Positions 1-10,452 of a stretch of 64,000 bases of DNA are shown in pieces. Below the pieces are notes generated by a model. It was not told where the DNA came from, searched no databases, and saw only the letters and a list, made by a program, of their open reading frames with translations. The position numbers and the translations under genes were made by a program. The DNA lies in the NCBI GenBank assembly GCA_965222605.1, contig OZ244960.1:6016001-6080000 (forward strand). Reading direction: 5' to 3'. The stretch's first letter is position 1, and each line of letters begins with the position of its first letter. Origin of the DNA: Candidatus Latescibacterota bacterium. Its GTDB lineage: Bacteria; Latescibacterota; UBA2968.

Positions 1-1
1 G

Positions 2-457
2 CAGATCAATTCTCAGAAATACGAACTCGCGAGTGGCGCTGAGATTCTCCTCAAGATACCTGATGGTGCGTCTTCCCTGATCTATAGCATATCGGAAACT
101 GATTCAGAGACTGACCCCAAGACCGCCACAGATAGAGTTGTGAGCAAAGAGGACACGGATTTGGGCGATGTCGTTACAGACAAGCCTTTTTCTTATATTC
201 GCACTCGTGCGATGGATGCTCAAGGAAATTACAGTGATCCAGTCTCCTTTACGGTCATCTACAAACCCCTTGAATACAAGCCCGTATTTAACGATCGGAA
301 AGACGACCTCTTTGTTCGGGAAGCCCATTTCAAGATCCCTGAGACTGTGGATGATTTGAAAACTGTGCTCAAGGGGATATTAGAGGAATCAAAGACTCTT
401 AAGATCATTGACGACAAACAGGCAAAGGCACTGATTGCCGTTATAGATGAACTTTGA
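2..457 (+). CDS. C-terminal part of a large protein running off the window edge; probable BrxC/DUF499-like ATPase with a C-terminal Fn3/Ig-like domain
   Basis: Frame 2 is open from base 2 to TGA 455-457. Fn3-like segment YIRTRAMDAQGNYSDPVSFTV. The stop overlaps the pglZ start. Identity is inferred from position before pglZ-brxL. Confidence 0.5.
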   Translation, partial: QINSQKYELASGAEILLKIPDGASSLIYSISETDSETDPKTATDRVVSKEDTDLGDVVTDKPFSYIRTRAMDAQGNYSDPVSFTVIYKPLEYKPVFNDRKDDLFVREAHFKIPETVDDLKTVLKGILEESKTLKIIDDKQAKALIAVIDEL

Positions 458-2871
458 TCAGACTTATGGTCAATCAAACTGAACCATTTGAAATATGTTT
501 TGTAGGATCGCAAAAGGGTGTTACACCCGAAGGCACTTTGCTCGTAATCACAGATCGAGACTACGTCAAAGCCTGCAAGGCTGTTAATGATGCCGCAAAC
601 CGACCAAAAGGGGTCTGGGTGGCACAAAGGCCACATGTTGCCTGGTTTAAGGCCTACTGTAATCTACTTGATCTTAATTGCTGCGTTCGAGAACTTACCT
701 CTCGTGTGATTTTGGCAGACAGGTGGGATGTTACAATACCCGATTGGTTGAATGACCAGAGGGTTGAGTCAGAGAAACTGCTCGACTTAGATATTTCCAC
801 TGAGGGCGTTGATGATTTTGTAGATGTTGTGTTAGGTCATTTCCTGAGTCGATCCTTTTGTTCATCGAGATTAGACCCAGAGCATGTATCAGAGGTTCTT
901 TCTGCAGTGGTGAGTTCAGAATACAAAACACATTCTGACCGGTATCCCATAATCAGCGACTGTTTGAGTGAGAAGTGTGTGCAGTGGGAAGAAAACACTG
1001 ATCAATCATGGATGGGAGAATTCAGCCGGAGCCTCGTAGATCAGCCAGATGCGCTCTGGCACGATTTGACTTTGTGGGCACTCCTCGGGCATTATTCAGA
1101 CCAGCTTATTGAGTTCGTCACTGGACCGCAGAGAGTTGTATTTTTGAGGTCAATACCTGTCGGACTTCTGTCCAGCCTGCGTCTTCATCCGGCTGCTGTA
1201 GATACAGCTCAAAATCAGATTCGGCTATTTTTCAATGATATTCTTCAAGACCCTGTATCTTCGACAGAGGATCTCAAGAAAGTTCTGGGTACTGTTTCTC
1301 GTCGGTTAGCCATAGAGTTCTCCTTTGTCGAGCAGATTTTAGAGAACTCAAGTTACGAATTACAGGCAAAGGATATTGAGCTTGTCGAAGAAGTCTTTAA
1401 GACCTGCCCAGGAGTCAGCTCTGTCAAGATTGATGCTCTGGATCGTTTTGTGCCACCTGCCAGACCCTCGGAACAAGACGCTGGTGACGCTTGGGGGGGA
1501 GCCCGATGGTTGGATTGGTCTGTAAAAGAATATATTCCCTACAGGCAATGGCAGATTCAGAACAAGCACTATGAGCGTAAACTCGAACAGACTGTTCAGG
1601 CATTCTCTGATTGGTATGTTGATGAATACATGACCATTCATCAGGATACGGGAAAAAGCCTTGTTCACCTTCTCAGTGAGTGGCGTGAGCATCTGGTAAA
1701 TGACGACCTTTCTTTGATATTGCTGATTGATTGTCTGCCCGTTGCTTTTTGGACGTTATTTGAGGAAGCAATGGGAAATATTGGGTTCCATCGCCACCAA
1801 CAGGAATATAGATTCGCCCCTTTACCGAGCCATACTGAAGTATGCAAACCCTTGTTGCTTGGTAGTGACTGGGAAAAGACGGATACCAAATACGACCGCT
1901 TGCTTCAAGAACGAGGACTCAGAGATTGGCCAGGCAAACAGGTTCTGTATTTGCACAATCTGCAGAAGCTGTCTGAAGCAGACCTGGGTGGCGGTGCATC
2001 TGTTCTTGTGCTGAACTTTCTCGCGGTTGACCGGACCCTACATGCGGACGTTGAGGCAGATGGCAGTACACATAGAGAAGAATTATTCAGATTGTTTGTT
2101 CGTCTTGCAGAAGCAGTAAAAGACCTTTTGAACCGATGGCAGGGAGATAAAGATAAATTCGGGGTGTATGCCGTTACGGATCACGGTGCAACAAAAATCA
2201 TTGATGATGAAAAAGCAACCTTGGACTCACAGATCGTGAATCGTCTGTTTGAGTACGAGAAACACCGGTTTGCTCAGATTCCCAAAGACTGCACAGACGA
2301 AATACCGGAGAATTTGTGGGCTTTTGGGTACAGATTTAAACCACCATTTAACAATCAAGACACGGTGTTCTTTATTCCTAAAGGTCACAATACGGTCAAG
2401 AAGGGCAACAAGACGACAGGTTTTGTACATGGTGGTGCGGCTCCAGAGGAGGTTATTGTACCTGCTGCCATTTTTCGGCCTGTCAAGGTTTCCTGGCGTG
2501 AACCTTTGGTGCGTTTCGTGGATCTTAGGACGGATCGTCAATCTGGGCACGCGATTTTTTATATCTTACGCGTTGTCCCAATCAGACTTGAAGTACAGAA
2601 TCCAAATGCAGAACCCATTAGTATTGTTAGAGTAGATGTTGTCAGTCCAGACGCTGATGTCAAGGAGTTCACAACTGGACAGATTGAGCCAGAATCAGTT
2701 GGCGAATTGTCGCTGAGTTGTTATTTCAAAAAGGCTGCGCAAGATCAAGAGGAACTACTGCTACAGATTACTTATGAACTTGCAGGCGGTGAATACACGA
2801 TGCAGGTTCTTACTGCTGCAGTATTTAGATCGGCCACTACTGGTGGTTTTAATTTGAAAGATTTAACATAG
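454..2871 (+). CDS. pglZ: PglZ-domain (alkaline phosphatase superfamily) protein, BREX type 4/SspG-like
   Basis: Motifs LLIDCL, PLPSHTEVCK, DRTLH, TDHG, HGGAAPEEVIVP; directly upstream of brxL; exact start codon uncertain. Confidence 0.85.
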   Translation: MIRLMVNQTEPFEICFVGSQKGVTPEGTLLVITDRDYVKACKAVNDAANRPKGVWVAQRPHVAWFKAYCNLLDLNCCVRELTSRVILADRWDVTIPDWLNDQRVESEKLLDLDISTEGVDDFVDVVLGHFLSRSFCSSRLDPEHVSEVLSAVVSSEYKTHSDRYPIISDCLSEKCVQWEENTDQSWMGEFSRSLVDQPDALWHDLTLWALLGHYSDQLIEFVTGPQRVVFLRSIPVGLLSSLRLHPAAVDTAQNQIRLFFNDILQDPVSSTEDLKKVLGTVSRRLAIEFSFVEQILENSSYELQAKDIELVEEVFKTCPGVSSVKIDALDRFVPPARPSEQDAGDAWGGARWLDWSVKEYIPYRQWQIQNKHYERKLEQTVQAFSDWYVDEYMTIHQDTGKSLVHLLSEWREHLVNDDLSLILLIDCLPVAFWTLFEEAMGNIGFHRHQQEYRFAPLPSHTEVCKPLLLGSDWEKTDTKYDRLLQERGLRDWPGKQVLYLHNLQKLSEADLGGGASVLVLNFLAVDRTLHADVEADGSTHREELFRLFVRLAEAVKDLLNRWQGDKDKFGVYAVTDHGATKIIDDEKATLDSQIVNRLFEYEKHRFAQIPKDCTDEIPENLWAFGYRFKPPFNNQDTVFFIPKGHNTVKKGNKTTGFVHGGAAPEEVIVPAAIFRPVKVSWREPLVRFVDLRTDRQSGHAIFYILRVVPIRLEVQNPNAEPISIVRVDVVSPDADVKEFTTGQIEPESVGELSLSCYFKKAAQDQEELLLQITYELAGGEYTMQVLTAAVFRSATTGGFNLKDLT

Positions 2872-2885
2872 ATTGAGGTAAACAG

Positions 2886-4865
2886 ATGAGTCCATTTGAA
2901 GTGAAAGCCCGAGATTATTACGGGGAAGTCGTGATCAATAAAGGTTTGATGGGCAAGGCCGGTTTTGGTGCGCGTGCGATTCCTGTCTATGTGGGAGAGT
3001 GGATCATCAGCCAGTTCCTGGAGGGAGATGATTTAACAGAGGACGGCAGAGAGGAAATCGTCAGGATTGTATCCTCTTACTTGCCCCAGAAGGCAGATAA
3101 GAATCTACTCCTCAATCGCCTCAAGGAGCAGGAGGAAGTCCAGATTCTGGATGATTTTCGCGTAAATGTGAATCTGGCTCAAAATACCCATGAGTTGAGT
3201 ATTCCCATTTTAGACGAGACTCATGCGATGATTCAGAAAGGAATTGTTGACGAGAATCCCATGCTGCTCAAGACGGGGATGTGGGGAGTCGGCATGCTCA
3301 GGTATGTGCCCCCAGATGGAGAGGAAGTGAAGAAGGGACAAATCTGGATGGTGGATTTCAAACCTTTCCAAAATCCAGGTGTGGATCTGGACTACTTCAA
3401 AGAATGCCGACAACATTTTTCTTTGGACGAGTGGATTGATCTGCTGGTTTCGAGTAGCCAGTTTAACCCAGACGTTCTGAAACTTCCTCAGAAAATGCTT
3501 TTGCTTGGTCGTATTATTGCGCTGGTGGAACCTCGGGTCAATGTGGCTGAACTGGCCCCAAAGGGTACAGGCAAATCATTTATCTTTGACAACATTAGCC
3601 GTTATGCGGCAGTCATTCCCGGTGGTAAGCTGTCTGCCCCCACTCTTTTCTTCAACAGTGCCTCTAAACAGATGGGCTTGATTCCGAGATACGATGTTGT
3701 TGTTGTCGATGAGGTGCAGAAGATCCAGACAGACAATGCTGGCGAGGCTATGGCAGGACTGAAAATGTACCTCGAAAGTGGACGTTATCGCCGTGCGACA
3801 GGTGATATGGGTACATCGGAATCTGGGTTTGTAATGTTGGGGAACATAACCCTAGGCCCTGACCGAAGACCGCTTTATGAAACGAATGGGATCTTCGAAG
3901 AATTGCCTGCGGCGTTGCAGGAGTCTGCTTTTGTTGATCGCGTTCATGGCTTGCTTGAGGGATGGTTTATGCCAAGAATTACGCGGGATACACCTTCAAA
4001 AAGTCTGGGCTTCAAAGGTGACTTCTTCAGCGAAGTCCTCCATGAATTGCGAACAGATCTACAATATGCCGATTATGTTTCCCATATGCGCTTGCCCCAG
4101 TGCGAGGACATGCGAGATAACAAGGCCGTCGCTCGGCTTGCAGAAGGCTTCCTGAAGTTGCTGTTTCCCGACTTGAAGGTTAGCGAACAAGAATTCACTG
4201 AATACTGTGTAAACCCTGCGGTTCGTATGCGCCAACAAATTCGAGATGAGCTTGCCCGACTGGATCAAGAATTTAAGTGGGTAACTATAAAGAGTGAATA
4301 CCCAGATGAATTCCAGCTTTCACATCCAGACGAGAAACCAGGGCCGTTACCAGAAGCAGTAGAAAATGATCCCTTATCCCCCAATAGACAACCCGTTGAA
4401 GCCACATTGGATATCAAAGAGGGGCAAAAGGGCATTTCTTATTTGAAACTCTTTAGCCCTTATCTAACCGGAGCCACAGAGATTAGATTGGTTGACCCCT
4501 ATATCCGATATGATTATCAGATTTATAACCTCCTGAGCTTTTGTGAAATGATCGCTCCCGATCAAGGCAATATTAAGGTGTGTCTGGTGACTGGTACTGA
4601 CTCTGATTACCAGAAGCAGCAGGGTCTCGATGCTACTTTCAAAGATATTCAGAATCAGCTTGTTCAAGATCGGGTACTTCTGGATTATGAATTTAGCGAC
4701 ACAAAACACGACCGAATGATCGAGGCTGATACTGGCTGGCGAATTGTTATAGGACGGGGCCTGGATATCTTTCAGAAACCTGAAGGGAAATTTTCACTGG
4801 GATTTGTTGATCAGACGAAACGAAAGTGCAAAGAAACAACGATCACTTACGTCCGGAAAGAGTAG
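2886..4865 (+). CDS. brxL: BrxL-like AAA+ ATPase with a C-terminal MIT_C/PLD-like domain (no Lon protease domain)
   Basis: Walker A ELAPKGTGKS, Walker B VVVDE, AFVDRVH; C-terminal DPYIR...HDRMIEADTGWRIVIGRGLDIF; RBS GAGG. Confidence 0.85.
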   Translation: MSPFEVKARDYYGEVVINKGLMGKAGFGARAIPVYVGEWIISQFLEGDDLTEDGREEIVRIVSSYLPQKADKNLLLNRLKEQEEVQILDDFRVNVNLAQNTHELSIPILDETHAMIQKGIVDENPMLLKTGMWGVGMLRYVPPDGEEVKKGQIWMVDFKPFQNPGVDLDYFKECRQHFSLDEWIDLLVSSSQFNPDVLKLPQKMLLLGRIIALVEPRVNVAELAPKGTGKSFIFDNISRYAAVIPGGKLSAPTLFFNSASKQMGLIPRYDVVVVDEVQKIQTDNAGEAMAGLKMYLESGRYRRATGDMGTSESGFVMLGNITLGPDRRPLYETNGIFEELPAALQESAFVDRVHGLLEGWFMPRITRDTPSKSLGFKGDFFSEVLHELRTDLQYADYVSHMRLPQCEDMRDNKAVARLAEGFLKLLFPDLKVSEQEFTEYCVNPAVRMRQQIRDELARLDQEFKWVTIKSEYPDEFQLSHPDEKPGPLPEAVENDPLSPNRQPVEATLDIKEGQKGISYLKLFSPYLTGATEIRLVDPYIRYDYQIYNLLSFCEMIAPDQGNIKVCLVTGTDSDYQKQQGLDATFKDIQNQLVQDRVLLDYEFSDTKHDRMIEADTGWRIVIGRGLDIFQKPEGKFSLGFVDQTKRKCKETTITYVRKE

Positions 4866-4893
4866 GCGACTCGACTGGTTGATTATTTACCAC

Positions 4894-4930
4894 AAAGAGG
4901 AGTGAGTTCACTCACTCCTCTTTCCTTTTT
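4894..4930 (+). terminator. Rho-independent terminator after brxL
   Basis: Perfect 13-bp stem AAAGAGGAGTGAG-ttca-CTCACTCCTCTTT followed by CCTTTTT. Confidence 0.85.
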
Positions 4931-5211
4931 GGGCTTCAAGAGGCATTTAAATGCGTTCCAATCCAGGTTTAATATTCCGCTCCGATATCACTCATCAATC
5001 GCTTAATCAAGGGATTTATTGCAGGATTGAGTGGTTGGCACATATATTGCTCTACCTAAGGTATAACAGAAAAGGGGAGGTATCTCAGCAAGATGATACA
5101 CCTATTAAAATCCCTGATGAGCAGGTGGTTGCGGTCAAAGATGGGCAAATCGTCAAGGACGGCAACTGGTAGTTTTTCGCTGAATTCTCGATTATTGTAC
5201 AGGAGGGTGAA

Positions 5212-6324
5212 ATGGCGTTGAAGATTTTGCATACTGCGGATCTGCATTTGGGACTGAAATTCGCAGGCTATCCGGATGTCCAAAACAAACTCACTGAGGC
5301 GAGGTTTGAGGTGCTGGAAGGCTTGGTTGACCGAGCCAACTCAGAACAGTGTGACCTTTTTGTTCTGGCTGGTGACGTTTTTGATCGGGTAACCGTTGCC
5401 AGACGAGATATCAGCAGGTGTATTGATATCTTGAATGAATGCAATGGCCTGGTGATCTTACTGCCAGGCAACCACGACTATATGTCCAGTCAAAGCGACT
5501 TATGGAAGTACGTTGTTGAAAATGGTGGTGATCGGTTGTGTGTATTGGAGAAACAGGAGCCCGTTCCCTTGGATCACTATGATTTGGATGTTGTGCTCTA
5601 TCCCGGTCCTTGCACTGCCAAGCATTCTTCTGAGAATGCTATCGATTGGGTCAAAACGACCCATAAGGATCAGAGCACCAAATACCATATCGGAATTGCT
5701 CACGGGAATATTGAGGGGCTTGGTCTTGATGAACGGCGGAATTACTACCCGATGACCCGTGCAGAACTCCTTGAATGCGAAGTCGATCTGTGGCTGCTTG
5801 GTCATATCCACGTTCCATTCCCTGCTAAATCCGGTTCCAGCGAACGGATATATTATTCTGGCACGCCTGAACCGGATGGGTTCGATTGCCGCCATTGTGG
5901 ATGCGCCTGGATTATTGAGCTTGATAACAATAAGGCAATCAATGCACGGCAGATTTTCCCAGGAAAGTTTCAGTTTACACACCATGAGTTTGACTTGAGA
6001 ACGTCGGTGGACATAGAGAAATTGAAGAAATATTACACGGAAACGGACCGAACAAATCTGCTGGTAAAATTGAAGCTGACCGGGCGATTGCCCAGAGAAA
6101 CCTATGCAGAATTAGATTCTGTAAAATCTGTTATAAGAGATCATGTTTTTTATCTTCAGTGGGATGACAGCGATGTGGCTATAGAGATTACTCCCGATGT
6201 CATTGACCGGGAGTTTACCCAAGAATCTTTTCCATACAGGCTTTTAACGGAGCTTGCTCGCAGCGAAGAGGATGCAGAGGCACTACAGATTGGTTATGAA
6301 ATGATTCAGGAGGTGAAAGAATGA
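5212..6324 (+). CDS. Mre11/SbcD/YhaO-like metallophosphoesterase DNA exonuclease
   Basis: HTADLHLG, AGDVFD, PGNHD, AHG, LGHIH, YSGTPEP motifs; RBS AGGAGG. Confidence 0.9.
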   Translation: MALKILHTADLHLGLKFAGYPDVQNKLTEARFEVLEGLVDRANSEQCDLFVLAGDVFDRVTVARRDISRCIDILNECNGLVILLPGNHDYMSSQSDLWKYVVENGGDRLCVLEKQEPVPLDHYDLDVVLYPGPCTAKHSSENAIDWVKTTHKDQSTKYHIGIAHGNIEGLGLDERRNYYPMTRAELLECEVDLWLLGHIHVPFPAKSGSSERIYYSGTPEPDGFDCRHCGCAWIIELDNNKAINARQIFPGKFQFTHHEFDLRTSVDIEKLKKYYTETDRTNLLVKLKLTGRLPRETYAELDSVKSVIRDHVFYLQWDDSDVAIEITPDVIDREFTQESFPYRLLTELARSEEDAEALQIGYEMIQEVKE

Positions 6325-8741
6325 TACTCAAGAGCATAGCTCTCAAGCCTTTTGGCGGGCTGACAGATGCACAACTCGCTTTCAAACCTGGACTCAATGT
6401 CATTCACGGACCGAATGAAGCAGGAAAATCAACGATTTTCAATGCGCTTCAACGGGTGCTTTTTACACCAGCGCACCTAACCCCTTCCGTGTTTAGAAGG
6501 GAGATGGAATCCTTCTTGCCGTTAGAAGGTGGGGATACCATCGTCGTGTCTCTATGTCTGGATCTAAACGGAAATACGTATGCACTCAAGAGAACCTGGG
6601 GTGCTACAAAGTCTGTGGAACTTACGTTGCCAAGAGGTTCTATCATTACAGACGAAGATGCGGTCCAAGGACGTCTGATATCGCTGCTGCCAGCTAAAGA
6701 GGGGACGTTCAAAACAGTGCTAATGACGTACCAATCCGAGCTACCCAAAACGATTGAGGAATTGGAGGCTCAACAGGAACCTATTCAGACCCTTAGTACG
6801 ATCCTCCGAAGGGCTGTTTTCGAGACGGATGGTGTCTCGGTAGATCAGTTCAAGCAGAATATCGAATCCGAATACACTGCATACTACAGTCGGTGGGATC
6901 GCGAACGCGGATGCCCTGAAAGTGATCGGCGTTATAAAATAAATGTCGGCAAGATCCTCCAGGCCCATTACGGTCTGGAAGATACACGGACGGCTTTGAA
7001 GGAAGCCAAGGTCTACGAGGTTGAACTGGACGAAATTAACAGCGAGATCAGTGCTTGCAGTAACACAATTGAAACCATCGAAGCCTATATCAAAGAAAAT
7101 GAGAGGGTCGTAGAGGATGCACGCCAGCGTCAGTCATTGAATGACAGACAGGTTGCCATTGACGCCCGTATGGAAAAACTCCGAAAAGATAACAGAGATT
7201 GGCCTATCACTGAAAACGAAGCGGCCCGGATTGAGGTATTGTTGCCTGGGCTCAAGAAAAAAGAGAACGCGCTGGTTTTGGAACAAGAAGTGACAATAAA
7301 AAAGGAAGAGAGAAATCAATTACGAAGACAATTCGAGCAGGTTGAGCAGAGACGGCAAGAACTTGAGGGTGCGGAGCAGGTAGCCCAACAAACTCCAAAA
7401 CTTACAGCCGATGACCTGGAAGAGTTGCGAGTCACAGATGCGAAACTCAACGAGCTTAAGGCAAGCGTAAATGCGGGCAAACTCTCTGTCCGTTTGTTGG
7501 CAAACAATGCCCTTTCCATTTTAGTTCAAGAAGGTCTTTCTGAACCGCAGCCCCAAGAAATAGGATCTGGGGAGCATATCTCTTACGATGAAGGAGGCAG
7601 AGTAAAGATTAGTCATCAGGACTGGGAGATAGACATTTCATCTGGTGAGAGTAATTTTGATGCACTTGTGCAGGAGTTTGAGGAGACTAATCGGCATCTC
7701 ACCGCTCTGCTTGAACAGCACGATGTTGAGAATCTAAATGAAGCTATTGGCATCAATAATGGCTATATGACGAGTCTTCAAAGCGTCAACTCTGCAAAGA
7801 ACAATCTGAAAGCGGCGTTGGCTGGGGAGACCTATGAAGAACTCAAAGCGAAAGTTGCACAGATTGGGACAACAGAAGATTCCCGTGATTTGAAGAGCAT
7901 TCAGGAAGATCTGTATAATGTGAAGGCTGAGATCAGTGAACGTGAACGCTCCTTAGGACAGAACCAACAACGAATCCAGGAACTGATTGATACCTACGGC
8001 AGTTCGGACCAATTGCTATTGAAGCTTGCCGAAGAGGCAAAGAAGGAGAGAGATGTACAGGACAAGATCGAAAATCTTGTCCCGCTACCCGATGATGTTG
8101 ACGATATTGATTCTTTCATCGAAATGTACGAAGAGAAGCAGGCTGAGTTGACGAAAACGAACAATCATAATACAGACCTGTTAATTCAGCGTGCGAATGT
8201 AGAGAGAAACGAACCAGAATTACCTGCCGAAGAATTAAACAACCGGCTTGTAGAATTGACCGAAAATTTCAAGAAAATAAATAAACGAGGCGAAGCCGTC
8301 GCAAGGATAAAAGACCTGACAGATCGGCTGATGGAGGAGATGGATTCAAATACCTATAGAGGACTGACAGGCGATCTGGAGCGATATGTGGTGTCGATGA
8401 CAGAGAACCGGTATGCCCAAATCGATATGGAGGAGAGCCTTCCGCGGGGATTTGTTCGACAAGATGGTGTGACATTACCATACGATCTGTTATCCGCCGG
8501 GACGAAGGATGTTCTGGCCCTATCGCTTCGCCTTGCTATGGCCAACCATTTTTTGATGGACGCAAATGGTATGCTTATGCTTGACGACCCGCTTGTGGAT
8601 CTGGATCCTCGTCGACAGGAAAAGGCGGCTGAGGCCTTTAGAGATTTCGCAGAACAGAAGCAGGTGATTATCTTTACATGCCACCCTCATCATGCGGAAC
8701 TTCTGGGTGGTAATCGGATCGAGCTTGAGGGGAATAGTTGA
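6321..8741 (+). CDS. Rad50/SbcC/YhaN-like SMC-family ATPase
   Basis: Walker A GPNEAGKST, long coiled coil, signature LSAGT, Walker B MLDDP, H-loop FTCH; ATGA overlap with the nuclease gene. Confidence 0.9.
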   Translation: MILKSIALKPFGGLTDAQLAFKPGLNVIHGPNEAGKSTIFNALQRVLFTPAHLTPSVFRREMESFLPLEGGDTIVVSLCLDLNGNTYALKRTWGATKSVELTLPRGSIITDEDAVQGRLISLLPAKEGTFKTVLMTYQSELPKTIEELEAQQEPIQTLSTILRRAVFETDGVSVDQFKQNIESEYTAYYSRWDRERGCPESDRRYKINVGKILQAHYGLEDTRTALKEAKVYEVELDEINSEISACSNTIETIEAYIKENERVVEDARQRQSLNDRQVAIDARMEKLRKDNRDWPITENEAARIEVLLPGLKKKENALVLEQEVTIKKEERNQLRRQFEQVEQRRQELEGAEQVAQQTPKLTADDLEELRVTDAKLNELKASVNAGKLSVRLLANNALSILVQEGLSEPQPQEIGSGEHISYDEGGRVKISHQDWEIDISSGESNFDALVQEFEETNRHLTALLEQHDVENLNEAIGINNGYMTSLQSVNSAKNNLKAALAGETYEELKAKVAQIGTTEDSRDLKSIQEDLYNVKAEISERERSLGQNQQRIQELIDTYGSSDQLLLKLAEEAKKERDVQDKIENLVPLPDDVDDIDSFIEMYEEKQAELTKTNNHNTDLLIQRANVERNEPELPAEELNNRLVELTENFKKINKRGEAVARIKDLTDRLMEEMDSNTYRGLTGDLERYVVSMTENRYAQIDMEESLPRGFVRQDGVTLPYDLLSAGTKDVLALSLRLAMANHFLMDANGMLMLDDPLVDLDPRRQEKAAEAFRDFAEQKQVIIFTCHPHHAELLGGNRIELEGNS

Positions 8742-8822
8742 CGTTTTTATCACAAGAGATCCCGAGATGGACAGAGAACACGACAAACATCCGTCAGGGC
8801 CTGATCCCAGAGTGCTTTGGTT

Positions 8823-10445
8823 TCATGAACCGCTTCCTGCGGACCATGTATTGCCACCTGCCCGGACGGTTCCTTCTGCTTCTATAAACTCCGCGCAGTG
8901 GATCCCGCCGCCCAGACCGTTGACAGATGTGATTTTGTGGCCCATTTCGATCAATCCATTCACGATATTATCGGACAAGGCACGGGTCACACTTACCGGC
9001 TCGTGGGTTTGTACATGCATCCTCGGTCCATTGACAGCCTCGAAGGATGTTGCGCCGTAATCGACGATTTTTTGGGCCGCACGAGCGTTCACAGAGATGA
9101 TACGCCTGCCGCCTGGCATTCCAATCGCTACATCCCGACCTGGAAGCTGAATGATGAGCGGAACTGTATTGTTCAGCGGTCGCTTGAGCGAAGCCACAGA
9201 ATTTTTGCGACCGGGTCTGGGATCTAATCTGCACATCCCATGTCCCAGAATGATGCCTGTTTCCGGCACCGTAACAAGGGAACCGAAAGCGCCGCCTTGA
9301 GAAATTGTTACGGACGCCACATTTCCTTCGGCATCTGCAGAAGAGACGTGGAGCGTACCATCATTTGAATCACCCATTGGCGGTGGCACAAGCTGGTCCA
9401 CCCCATTGGGAAACTGGCGCAGTGTTTCCACTCGACCGGCTGCATAATCTTTGCTCAGCAGTTGCTCGACCGGTACATCCACATGGTTTGGATCCGCGAG
9501 ATGAAGAAGGCGATCTCGCCAGACCAGCTTGAGAAGCTCGGCGAATCGGTGCCAGTACTCGACCGTGTCATCCGGTAGGGGATCGAAGCATTCCCACATG
9601 TTGAGCAATTGCAAGCTGGACAATCCGCCGTTGGGCAAAATCGCGCCATGCACGGATGCCTCGCGGTAGGTCGTGGTATATGGTTCGGTCACTCCTGGTT
9701 TGAAGGCAGCCATATCTTCCATTGTCAAAATACCGCCAGTGGCCTGAACGTGATCCACTATTTTATGGCCGATTTCTCCCGTATAGAAATCCTGCCATCC
9801 GGCTTCTGAAACTCTTGCAAGGGTTTTTTCCATATCGCGGCGGTGCCAGATTTCATCTGCTGTTGGAACACGTCCTTCGGGCATCAGATGTTTTTCTGTT
9901 GCTTCAAATTTGCGGATCACGTCCTGGAGATTTTTGATCGCACCTGCAGTAGAACTGAAGAGAAAGCCATCCTCGAGTAGCTTCAGCGATGGTGCTATCA
10001 CATCGGACCATTTGAGTTTTCCCCACTTTTCCCAAATGGTGCCCATGCCTGCCATCATACCCGGGGGACCAATGGCGAGAGGTCCATGGACGTTGGCATT
10101 GTCCTTTACGCTGCAGTTGTATTCATTTCCATTGATGCCTCTGGGGGTACGCGCTGGCAGGATGGTGTACATGTGTTCGTGAGCCGCTTTGGGCGAAATC
10201 GAATTGGCGTCTATCGACCAGACTTTGCCTGTGGCACCTTCCAGGATTACGGCACACAGTACATAACCACCCACACCCGTGGACTGTGGCTGTAACATGC
10301 AGCATGCCATACTGGTCGCCACTGCTGCATCAAAGGCGTTACCACCCTGTTCGAGTATTCTCGCACCGACTCTTGCCGCCTCTGGAGGTCCGGCTGCAAC
10401 TGCTCCTGTTGTGCTGGTAACTTCGTATCCTTCAGTCATATTCAA
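8823..10445 (-). CDS. Gamma-glutamyltransferase family protein
   Basis: GGNAFDAAVA, GVGG, autocleavage-site-like GTLHVSSADAEGN, GMPGGRRI. Confidence 0.85.
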   Translation of the reverse strand: MNMTEGYEVTSTTGAVAAGPPEAARVGARILEQGGNAFDAAVATSMACCMLQPQSTGVGGYVLCAVILEGATGKVWSIDANSISPKAAHEHMYTILPARTPRGINGNEYNCSVKDNANVHGPLAIGPPGMMAGMGTIWEKWGKLKWSDVIAPSLKLLEDGFLFSSTAGAIKNLQDVIRKFEATEKHLMPEGRVPTADEIWHRRDMEKTLARVSEAGWQDFYTGEIGHKIVDHVQATGGILTMEDMAAFKPGVTEPYTTTYREASVHGAILPNGGLSSLQLLNMWECFDPLPDDTVEYWHRFAELLKLVWRDRLLHLADPNHVDVPVEQLLSKDYAAGRVETLRQFPNGVDQLVPPPMGDSNDGTLHVSSADAEGNVASVTISQGGAFGSLVTVPETGIILGHGMCRLDPRPGRKNSVASLKRPLNNTVPLIIQLPGRDVAIGMPGGRRIISVNARAAQKIVDYGATSFEAVNGPRMHVQTHEPVSVTRALSDNIVNGLIEMGHKITSVNGLGGGIHCAEFIEAEGTVRAGGNTWSAGSGS

Positions 10446-10452
10446 TTTTTTC

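Noticed and set aside
4951-5172. 73-aa ORF between brxL and the nuclease
   Set aside because: No RBS or recognisable domain; the tail VKDGQIVKDGNW may be a gene remnant but I cannot assign it
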